This document shows positions 14,430 through 21,948 of a stretch of DNA of 32,000 bases, one piece after another. A program made the position numbers and the translations under genes. The notes under the pieces are model-generated. The model was not told the origin of the DNA. It saw only the letters and a program-made list of their open reading frames with translations, and did not search any database. The stretch covers positions 60,001-92,000 of the forward strand of contig DAOMZT010000001.1 of assembly GCA_035400625.1 (NCBI GenBank), given 5' to 3'. The DNA comes from an archaeon. GTDB taxonomy: Archaea > Iainarchaeota > Iainarchaeia > Iainarchaeales > CSSED10-239. Position 1 is the first letter of the stretch. The number at the start of each line of letters is the position of its first letter.

Positions 14430-15179
14430 TTATTTAACAAATCTTTTGCGAAACGAATAATACATGGTTGCATTTTTCTGTTTGGCAACTTTAGAAACTT
14501 CTGATAAGAAATCAACAATATTATCTGCACTCATTTTCTTTAATTCTGTTGGTTTAAAGCCTTTATGAAACACAGAATTAAAATCTTCAACATATGTTTG
14601 ATAGATAGATTCATAAGCGTGTTTGGCTTCAGCTTTTGAATAAATTGAAATTTTATTTATAATGTCAATTTCCTGAGAAAATAAATCTTTAAATTTAGTA
14701 TCCATTATCTCTTTAACTGTGCCTTTCCTTGAAGCTTTTAAGACAGTATTTAATTTTTTTGTCCAACTCTCCATTTGTCTTTTCTTAATTGCCGTTAATC
14801 TTCTTCTTTCTGCAACTGCTAAATCGTGTGTTCTTTGTGTTTCTAAATCAGATATCTTTCTTTTATATTTCAATTTTAAATCAGTTATCTTTTGCTCATA
14901 AATCTTTTTATCTAAATCAATTTTCATTTGTTCTTTTTTGTTTGCACCAACTGTTTTTTCCAATGATTTAATTTTCTTTTCATATACTTTTAACAATGAA
15001 TCTCTATTTTGTTCGGTAAAAGCTACTTTCTCATTAAATGCTCTTGTGCCTGGCTTTGTTAGTTTCCCGGTCTTTGGGTTTCTTTTATAGCCAAGTTCTG
15101 ATGGCGTGGCTCTTTTGCCGGTTATTGCCTTTCTTGCTTTTAAATATATCCTTGGTTTAGTTGCTCTTGGTTTTATCAT
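14430..15179 (-). CDS. hypothetical protein with a K/R/P-rich N-terminal tail and a coiled-coil centre
   Basis: 249 aa. The N-terminus is MIKPRATKPRIYLKARKAITGKRATPSELGYKRNPKTGKLTKPGTR. Confidence 0.6.
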   Translation of the reverse strand: MIKPRATKPRIYLKARKAITGKRATPSELGYKRNPKTGKLTKPGTRAFNEKVAFTEQNRDSLLKVYEKKIKSLEKTVGANKKEQMKIDLDKKIYEQKITDLKLKYKRKISDLETQRTHDLAVAERRRLTAIKKRQMESWTKKLNTVLKASRKGTVKEIMDTKFKDLFSQEIDIINKISIYSKAEAKHAYESIYQTYVEDFNSVFHKGFKPTELKKMSADNIVDFLSEVSKVAKQKNATMYYSFRKRFVK

Positions 15180-15220
15180 ATTTTATCAACTCACATCATT
15201 TAACAAATGGAAAGATTTTA

Positions 15221-15409
15221 TCATTTAAAAAACCTTTTAACTTTAGCTTTTTCTGCATTTTTAATTTGTTCCATAGAAAAATGCTCTATAAGTTCAGGTG
15301 TCTTATATCCCCCACACATTAAAAGCTCTGGGAGAGTGAAATGCTGTTTTGCAAGCTCTAAGCTTATTCCTGCTCCTTTTAGATTTCTTAGTTTTAAAAA
15401 ATCAACCAC
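15221..15409 (-). CDS. small hypothetical protein (GTG start)
   Basis: 62 aa, 5 nt downstream of the stop of ORF 15415-15924 on the same strand. The composition looks coding, unlike the overlapping plus-strand ORF. Confidence 0.4.
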   Translation of the reverse strand: MVDFLKLRNLKGAGISLELAKQHFTLPELLMCGGYKTPELIEHFSMEQIKNAEKAKVKRFFK

Positions 15410-15414
15410 TTCAA

Positions 15415-15924
15415 CTATCTTTTGCTTTTTTGAGTATATATTCTTTTATTGACACTAGCTGAAGATTCTCCTGATGAATATTTTCTTGAATCTAAAAGGC
15501 TGTTAAATAATCCAACTTCCTTATAATAATCATTTTTTAATAATTCATTTCTAGTTATCCTGTATTGCTTTGGCTTTCCTTGATATTCTTGTGTGAAAAC
15601 CATTGTGCCAATTTTCGGGTCTAATCTTATTTCGCTTATTGGGACATTATAAAAAACTCCTCTTGGCTTATGTACTGGCTCTCTATTATAAACAGGGCTT
15701 CTTGATTTCTTATAATAATCATCTAAAACTCCTGTTTGTGATCTTCTTACTCTTGCATTCTCTCTTCCAACTTTTCTTAATTTTTCTAATTGCTTTGGAG
15801 TCAATTCTTTTGCTGAAACTCTACGGGTCGTATGTTTAGTACCTGTTGGCGATTTTCTCAATTTTAAAACTGACCTTTTTGGTTTTGGTGGTGCTGGTGC
15901 CTTTCGCATTTTTAATAACCCCAT
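15415..15924 (-). CDS. hypothetical protein with a K/R/P-rich N-terminal tail
   Basis: 169 aa. The N-terminus is MGLLKMRKAPAPPKPKRSVLKLRKSPTGTKHTTRR. A GGGAGGAAAT SD-like sequence lies upstream. Confidence 0.6.
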   Translation of the reverse strand: MGLLKMRKAPAPPKPKRSVLKLRKSPTGTKHTTRRVSAKELTPKQLEKLRKVGRENARVRRSQTGVLDDYYKKSRSPVYNREPVHKPRGVFYNVPISEIRLDPKIGTMVFTQEYQGKPKQYRITRNELLKNDYYKEVGLFNSLLDSRKYSSGESSASVNKRIYTQKSKR

Positions 15925-16045
15925 CTCTATTTCCTCCCAATAAATATTAACTATTAATAATTAAATGATTAGTAGAAACATATTTAAATGTTTAGAATAA
16001 GAAAAAGAAATCCAAAAAAATCCATTGATTTTCTTGGAAAAAGAA

Positions 16046-16065
16046 GATGCTTAAACTTAAGCATC
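16046..16065 (-). terminator. palindrome GATGCTTAA-AC-TTAAGCATC spanning the TFB stop codon, followed by a T-rich tract
   Basis: Perfect 9-nt arms. The minus-strand stop TAA (16057-16059) sits inside the stem. Downstream on the minus strand lie TTCTTCTTTTTCC and a TTTTTTT run. Confidence 0.45.
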
Positions 16066-16962
16066 AATGTTTAGCTTTAGCTTAGACTTAAGCTCTCTAT
16101 ATCTGTTTCTGATTGTTACTTCTGTTACTCCTGCAACATTAGCAACCTCTTTTTGTGTTCTTCTCTCTCCAACCATCAATGCAGCAATATAAACTGCAGC
16201 AGCTGCAACTCCTGTTGGACCTCTACCAGAGATTAAGCCAGAATTAATTGCCTTTTTTACAATCTCTTTACCTTTTTCTTCAACAGCTCCTGATAGTCCA
16301 AGAACTGAAGTAAATCTTGAGATGTAATATGTTGGATCTGTTAATGGAACTGCAATGTCTAATTCCTTAACAATAAACCTATAAGTTCTTCCAATTTCTT
16401 TCTTTGTTAGACCTGATGCTTCTGCCATCTCGTTAAGTGTTCTTGGAACATTATATGTTCTACAAACAGAATAAAGAACAGCAGCAACAACAGCTTCAAT
16501 TAATCTTCCTCTTATTAGCCCTTTCTCAACTGTCTTTCTGTAAAGTAAAGCAGCAGTCTCAATTAAAGATTCAGGAATATTGAGATAGGAACCCATTCTT
16601 CTTAGTTCTGTTAAAGCAATTGAAAGGTTTCTTTGCATTGAGTTTGAGATTGATGATCTCTTATGCCATTTGATTAATCTGTACATTTGTGCTCTGGACT
16701 TTGAGGATAGCTTATTTCCTCTTAGATCTCTGCCAGATCTCTCTATCATTGTTTCAAGACCTTTATTAATCTTGACATACTTCATTGGTGAGCCAGATCT
16801 TGCTTGTTCTGAGCTTGGGGATTGATCAAAGTTTCTCCATTCTTTTCCCATATCTACCATGTCTTCACTTATTATTGTGTGACAATTTTTACAAACTAGT
16901 TCGCCTGTTCTTGGGTCTTTATAGACCTTTTCTTTTCCACACTCTGGACACTTCATTGCCAT
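16057..16962 (-). CDS. tfb: transcription initiation factor IIB (TFB)
   Basis: N-terminal zinc ribbon CPECG...CKNCH, a B-finger/linker region, and two cyclin-like repeats (LNIPESLIETAALLYRK..., GLISGRGPTGVAAAAVYIA). Confidence 0.95.
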   Translation of the reverse strand: MAMKCPECGKEKVYKDPRTGELVCKNCHTIISEDMVDMGKEWRNFDQSPSSEQARSGSPMKYVKINKGLETMIERSGRDLRGNKLSSKSRAQMYRLIKWHKRSSISNSMQRNLSIALTELRRMGSYLNIPESLIETAALLYRKTVEKGLIRGRLIEAVVAAVLYSVCRTYNVPRTLNEMAEASGLTKKEIGRTYRFIVKELDIAVPLTDPTYYISRFTSVLGLSGAVEEKGKEIVKKAINSGLISGRGPTGVAAAAVYIAALMVGERRTQKEVANVAGVTEVTIRNRYRELKSKLKLNIDA

Positions 16963-17121
16963 TTATATCACTCCTTTGTGTTCTTAACTTTTACATTGTT
17001 CTAATTTCAAAAATAGAGCTTGCAATCATAATAATCATTAAAAAAACAAACTAAAGCAAACCTATATAAATATTATTCTTTTTTCAAGTATATATAGCTT
17101 TCGGTTTTTGCGATTTTAGAA

Positions 17122-18564
17122 CTAGATTGTGGTTTCTTCCTTTTTTATCTCTATGTTGCTACTTGTCAGAGTTGGTCGCAAAAGAAGCCTTAATGGATCC
17201 TTATCAGGGTATCTTATGACAACATCATTATTAGATATAACCTCTATTTTCACTGTTGCTGGTTCTTTATCTATGAAATCATCAATATGCCCTGCACCAA
17301 TACAGTAGTTTAATTTTGGGTTTTCCTTAAGTATTGTTAATAGCTCATTTCCAATAAACGAATTGTTAAAGACATCGCTTGCTTGAGGAATAATTACTAA
17401 CACGTCCTCTTTTACTTCTTCAGATAATTTTTTAAGTATTCCATAAATGTAATAAACGTGCAATGGGTTATTTCTATTAATCATGAAGACCTTGCTTGAT
17501 CCTATATTTTTATATGTGCTTTCAAAAACTATTGAAAGATCAGTCTCTCCAAAATAACCACAATACACATCATCAATAATATTCAATTTAGAGATTATCC
17601 TCCATTTTTCAAAGTCAGTTATTTCATCTGTAATTCCTATGGCTGCGATATTCGCTATTAATTCAGAAATGTCCTTTACATTATCGGTATATGCCTGATC
17701 AATAATTTTTTGAGAAACACCAGTAAATTTAAATAAATTGATAAAAGCCAATTTTGGTATTGTGTATAATGGTATCTTAATCTTAAAAAAATCAATTGTG
17801 TTTATTGGGAAGCCAAAAGGAGAGACCTTCATATCAAAGGCACTCAACAGTTCTTCTTTTTGCTGAGGATAAGATAATGTCTTAAACACCCCTGTGCTAT
17901 CAAAGACAATCACTTTCTTTGAAGACAGCAGGTAATTTTCAGCAATAACTTTCATTGCAAATATTCTATCTTCTTCTTCTGAACCTGTTACTACAATTGA
18001 CCTTAGATTCTCTAAGCTGGCATTAATTGTAATTCCATTCTTTCTACCAACCAACAACTTATCTACTGAACTAATTGCTGATGAAAATTCTATGTTGTTT
18101 GGAGAGTTGGTCAATACCTTAACAATAAACGGATCATAAAAGAAATAATTTTTCTGTTCTGGTGGCAACATCTTTAGTGACAATAGTTTTATGTTATAAG
18201 ATTTTATTATAGAAATAATGGAACTTGTGATTTTGTTTAATTTTAATATTTTCTTTTCTATGTGTTCATTAAGTTGAGAAGAATCTACTATTTCTGTATC
18301 TGTGTTTAATATGAAAAATTTGTGAGTGTTCTTGTCGCCAATGTCAAAATGCTTCTCAAAAACAATACACTGGTTTGGTAGTGTTTCTGCAAATAATTCT
18401 ATATCCCCATCAACACCAAACACCTTGTATAATTGAACAAGCACCGAAGACGGATCTTTTGATCTTAATAAAGAAACAAAATAGTCATCATTAAATAAAA
18501 TTGCCAAATCTTTTTGACCATATACACCTTCAAAAAGTGTACTCCAAGTTGTTATTTGTGCCAT
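17122..18564 (-). CDS. degenerate (predicted catalytically dead) paralogue of the HerA/DUF87-like ATPase at 10181-12685
   Basis: KVIVFDSTGVFKTLSYP aligns with SVIVIDTVGIFWTMKYP. Walker A is replaced by TGSEEEDRI (17962-17988), DEAH by PQAS (within 17377-17394), and ATQRP by GAGHI. There is an extra ~165-aa N-terminal region. Confidence 0.6.
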   Translation of the reverse strand: MAQITTWSTLFEGVYGQKDLAILFNDDYFVSLLRSKDPSSVLVQLYKVFGVDGDIELFAETLPNQCIVFEKHFDIGDKNTHKFFILNTDTEIVDSSQLNEHIEKKILKLNKITSSIISIIKSYNIKLLSLKMLPPEQKNYFFYDPFIVKVLTNSPNNIEFSSAISSVDKLLVGRKNGITINASLENLRSIVVTGSEEEDRIFAMKVIAENYLLSSKKVIVFDSTGVFKTLSYPQQKEELLSAFDMKVSPFGFPINTIDFFKIKIPLYTIPKLAFINLFKFTGVSQKIIDQAYTDNVKDISELIANIAAIGITDEITDFEKWRIISKLNIIDDVYCGYFGETDLSIVFESTYKNIGSSKVFMINRNNPLHVYYIYGILKKLSEEVKEDVLVIIPQASDVFNNSFIGNELLTILKENPKLNYCIGAGHIDDFIDKEPATVKIEVISNNDVVIRYPDKDPLRLLLRPTLTSSNIEIKKEETTI

Positions 18565-18659
18565 GTTATTAATATAATATTTATTACCTTATTCATATTT
18601 TAAATCAAAACATTTAAATAAATTATTTATTATATATTTTTAATAGCTATAGTATATAA

Positions 18660-19193
18660 ATGGTTTTTATAATGGTAGATGCAACACTAATCAAAGATAC
18701 AATTACTGAATTATTGGAAGCAAATGTAGATAAGGAAACAATCTATCAGACTTTAAAAGACATTGGCGTAGACAGTGCAGATATTGATAAATACTATAGA
18801 GATGCAACAACTAAAGAAAAAGCAAAGCAAACAGAAACCAAAACACCAGAACCTGAAACAGAAACAGAAACACCAGATGTTTCTGAAAATTCAAAAACCG
18901 AAGAAGCAATACATCATAAGCCAAAAGTAACAACTGAAGATTTAGAAAAAGCAACTAAAGAAGTTATTGATTCAGAAGTTATGAAAAATCAAGAAGATAT
19001 AGAAGATAACATAATTATAGAAAAAGATAATGCTCAAATTTTAGAAATTAACAACACAATTTTAGAAATTAAAAAACAAGTGTCTGGTCTTGAAACCCAG
19101 ATAAGTGATATTAAAGCGCAGATTAGTGGCCTTACTAAAATTATGAAAGATATTCTTGAAGAAAATAGAAATATTTTAAACAAGTTAAAGTAA
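18660..19193 (+). CDS. hypothetical acidic protein (small N-domain, T/E/P-rich linker, C-terminal coiled coil)
   Basis: 177 aa. The linker is TETKTPEPETETETPDVSENS and the heptad-like C-terminus is ILEIKKQVSGLETQISDIKAQISGLTKIM. The gene is divergent from the dead ATPase gene. Confidence 0.55.
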   Translation: MVFIMVDATLIKDTITELLEANVDKETIYQTLKDIGVDSADIDKYYRDATTKEKAKQTETKTPEPETETETPDVSENSKTEEAIHHKPKVTTEDLEKATKEVIDSEVMKNQEDIEDNIIIEKDNAQILEINNTILEIKKQVSGLETQISDIKAQISGLTKIMKDILEENRNILNKLK

Positions 19194-19195
19194 CG

Positions 19196-19510
19196 CTATT
19201 GATTACCAAGCATTTTTAATAAATCTTCGTAACCGCCACCGTCTTCTTTTGGAGCACCACCTTTCTTAAATATAGCAGATAAAATAATTATTAAACTACA
19301 CACACCTAAAATGATTAACCATAAATGAGGGATTTCTGCTGTAGTTATAAACAACATTATTGCTAAAAGAAAGACTAAAAGTAAATTTATCAAACTAGGA
19401 AAAAATATAGAATATAGTATTACAACAACTGGTGCAATAAAATAATAATTATATTGAAAAGAAAAGATAATAAGCAAGCCAATAACAAAAAAACTTAAAA
19501 AGTCAAACAT
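19196..19510 (-). CDS. small integral membrane protein
   Basis: 104 aa with about three hydrophobic helices and a G-rich acidic C-terminal tail. Confidence 0.55.
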   Translation of the reverse strand: MFDFLSFFVIGLLIIFSFQYNYYFIAPVVVILYSIFFPSLINLLLVFLLAIMLFITTAEIPHLWLIILGVCSLIIILSAIFKKGGAPKEDGGGYEDLLKMLGNQ

Positions 19511-19511
19511 G

Positions 19512-19778
19512 TTATTTTTTTACTCCTGTCCAGCTTTTTATTGTGTTTTTCAAATCGCTTCCAAATATCCAGTATATCCCTACTCCGATAGCAACTAACC
19601 ATATCAAATCTGGGTATTTGTAGAATAAAAGAAAAACTAAAAAACCAGTAATTAATATTGCAATTAATTCATTACCAATTTGTTTTTTTGCCCAAACATA
19701 AATTGATATTGAAAAAACTATGAATAATATTATCCAAATAGAATCTTCTAAAGATGTTGCTAAAAAAATATTATTCAT
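19512..19778 (-). CDS. small integral membrane protein
   Basis: 88 aa with about three hydrophobic helices. A 1-nt gap separates it from the next ORF and 14 nt separate it from L15e, all on the same strand. Confidence 0.55.
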   Translation of the reverse strand: MNNIFLATSLEDSIWIILFIVFSISIYVWAKKQIGNELIAILITGFLVFLLFYKYPDLIWLVAIGVGIYWIFGSDLKNTIKSWTGVKK

Positions 19779-19792
19779 ATAGCATCCTCATT

Positions 19793-20401
19793 TTACTTTG
19801 CTTTTCTATCTTTTGCTCTTATTGACGGTCTATTCTTTTCTGTGCCTTTGCCTTTTTTGTCAAGACCCCTGTTTTTCTTGCCAGCGCTTGTTACTCCTTT
19901 ATGTACTCTGCCTTTATTCTGTGGCCAACATATCCAATTGATATCTTTGTCTTGCATAATCCTTGGATGATTAGGATCAACCAAAATTACTTCATAATAT
20001 TTCTGTTGACCATCTTCGCCAATCAAATATGAATTTAAGACTTCTAAACCAGGATATTTTGATGCAGCTCTAAGCTCAGCAATCCTTTGAATAGATATTC
20101 TTCTTGTAATCTTATTAACACCCATTCTTTTTGGTCTTCTGCCATTAACTGGTCTTCTAATTAAACCAGCTCCTTTTCTAACTTTTGCTAGAACCACAAT
20201 AAACCCTTGCTTTGCCTTATAGCCAAGCTCTCTAGCCCTTGGAATATTTGTAGGCTTATCAAGTCTTGTGACTGCTTCTTTTGAGCGTCTATACTTGATT
20301 AATCTGTCTGTATATAATTTTTTATAATTATAATTTTCGTCTTTTTCTCTTTTAAATTCATTTTGTATTGTTTTTTTTATGTATTTTGATGCTGTGCTCA
20401 T
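19793..20401 (-). CDS. rpl15e: 50S ribosomal protein L15e (eL15)
   Basis: RLDKPTNIPRARELGYKAKQGFIVVLAKVRKGAG and YEVILVDPNHP are typical of L15e. Confidence 0.9.
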   Translation of the reverse strand: MSTASKYIKKTIQNEFKREKDENYNYKKLYTDRLIKYRRSKEAVTRLDKPTNIPRARELGYKAKQGFIVVLAKVRKGAGLIRRPVNGRRPKRMGVNKITRRISIQRIAELRAASKYPGLEVLNSYLIGEDGQQKYYEVILVDPNHPRIMQDKDINWICWPQNKGRVHKGVTSAGKKNRGLDKKGKGTEKNRPSIRAKDRKAK

Positions 20402-20548
20402 ATCTACTCCGTTTTTTAATTTTTTGCATTCATTAATATATTATTTATACAATATAAATAATTAATAAAACAAAATATTTATATAGTGGTTGTTAAAATA
20501 AGCAAGAATCAAGCTTATTTTCAAAAAATACAGAATTAAAAGAGAAAT

Positions 20549-21247
20549 ATGCGTTTCTTTTCATCAACAGAGGCACGGAAAAAAGCAATTATTGCTTTAG
20601 TCATATTTGTTTTTCTTATAGTTGCAGCAATTGTTTTTGTTTGGCCATATCTTTCTATTTTTACAAAGCCATCTGTGATTAAAGAAGTTGTATTAAGTTA
20701 CGGTATTTGGGCACCACTTGCTTTTATTGGATTACAGATATTACAAATGGTTTTTTTATTTATTCCATCTACACCAATAATTATTGTCGGGGGTTATGTT
20801 TTTGGAGCCTTGGGTATACTTTATTCTATTATTGGCATAGTTCTTGGATCAGTTATTATTTTCTATATTGGAAGACTATTTGGAAGACCATTTTTAGAAA
20901 GTATTCTTGATAAAAAAATAATAAATAAAATTGATGGAGAATCAGACAATATCGCAAAAACCTTGTTTATTTTATTTTTAATACCCCCATTACCACACGA
21001 TGCTTTTTGCTATCTGACAGGATTTACAAAAATCAAATTAAAGAAGTATATACTGGTTACGATAATAGGGAGATTACCACAAATTGTGTTTTTAACTTTA
21101 ATTGGCTATCAACTTACTAAATTAAATTTGTTTTGGTCCTTAATAATTATAGGGATTATAATTGTTGGTTCAATTATCATCTTTCAAAATAAAAATAAAA
21201 TCGAAACACAACTACATGGTTATGTAGGTAAATTGGAGAAAAAATAA
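20549..21247 (+). CDS. TVP38/TMEM64 (DedA-superfamily, SNARE-associated domain) membrane protein
   Basis: A multi-TM protein with FIPSTPIIIVGGYVFG and FLIPPLPHDAFCYLTG patterns typical of the family. Confidence 0.7.
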   Translation: MRFFSSTEARKKAIIALVIFVFLIVAAIVFVWPYLSIFTKPSVIKEVVLSYGIWAPLAFIGLQILQMVFLFIPSTPIIIVGGYVFGALGILYSIIGIVLGSVIIFYIGRLFGRPFLESILDKKIINKIDGESDNIAKTLFILFLIPPLPHDAFCYLTGFTKIKLKKYILVTIIGRLPQIVFLTLIGYQLTKLNLFWSLIIIGIIIVGSIIIFQNKNKIETQLHGYVGKLEKK

Positions 21248-21320
21248 GGTCCCATGGTCTAGTGGTTATGACGTTACCTTGACATGGTAGAGATCCCCGG
21301 TCCGATCCCGGGTGGGACCA
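21248..21320 (+). tRNA. tRNA-Val (anticodon GAC)
   Basis: Acceptor stem GGTCCCA/TGGGACC with discriminator A. Anticodon stem TTACC/GGTAG with loop TTGACAT. T arm CCCGG-TCCGATC-CCGGG. It starts at the nucleotide right after the TAA of the preceding CDS. Confidence 0.85.
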
Positions 21321-21345
21321 TAGAATTAAAAAACGGTTCTTTTAT

Positions 21346-21948
21346 ATGATTTCAAAACTAATTTCTCTTGTTGTTCTTTTTTTTGTAATTATAGATCCAT
21401 TAACTAGTTTTGTTGTTTTTTTTGTAAGCACTAAAGGTTTTAATAACAAAGCAAAGATAAAGATTGCAACACTGTCTGTTCTTTTAGCAGCCTTTATCTC
21501 TTATCTTGTTCTTTTTTTAGGACAAAGTCTTTTGAAATTATTTAGCACAGACATAAACAGCTTTAAGATTGCAGGAGGAATAATCTTGGTTATTCTTGGG
21601 ATAAACATGTCTCTTGGAAAATCATTTAATGATCTTGAAAAAATGGAAGGGGATTCTGTGCATGCCGTTGCTTCAATTATTGCAACTCCATTAATCAGCG
21701 GGCCTGCCACAATCACTGCAATCATAATTTCTGCATCTGACTATGGTAGGTTTTTAACAGGAATTGCCATAGGGATAATTCTTGCGATAATTGCAATATT
21801 GTTTTATTTTTCAATCAAATTTCATGATGTTACTTCTAAAGCAAAAACCACAATGCAAGTAGTAACAACAATAATGGGGCTTATCACTCTTGCTTGGGGT
21901 GTTAACTTTATACTTACTGGTGTAAAAGCATTATTTCACTTGATCTAA
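21346..21948 (+). CDS. MarC-family (UPF0056) integral membrane protein
   Basis: 200 aa with six hydrophobic segments. The N-terminal FFVIIDPLTSFVVF is typical of MarC proteins. Confidence 0.75.
   Translation: MISKLISLVVLFFVIIDPLTSFVVFFVSTKGFNNKAKIKIATLSVLLAAFISYLVLFLGQSLLKLFSTDINSFKIAGGIILVILGINMSLGKSFNDLEKMEGDSVHAVASIIATPLISGPATITAIIISASDYGRFLTGIAIGIILAIIAILFYFSIKFHDVTSKAKTTMQVVTTIMGLITLAWGVNFILTGVKALFHLI

Noticed and set aside
12870-15839. Plus-strand ORFs 12870-13097, 13578-13805, 13820-14047, 14719-14901, 14789-14971, 15207-15452 and 15603-15839
   Set aside because: All lie antisense within longer minus-strand genes (trxB and the basic ORFans). Their compositions are S/F/L/C-rich and non-protein-like. 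For 15207-15452 the opposite-strand 62-aa ORF looks more protein-like, although it is itself uncertain.
16785-17054. 89-aa plus-strand ORF overlapping the TFB 5' end
   Set aside because: It is antisense to the TFB zinc-ribbon region and extends into the promoter. There is no supporting signal.
18828-18875. GAAACA-rich micro-repeat (cagaaaccaaaacaccagaacctgaaacagaaacagaaacacca)
   Set aside because: It is in frame within ORF 18660-19193 and encodes the T/E/P-rich linker. This is a low-complexity coding sequence, not a structural repeat or a CRISPR-like array.
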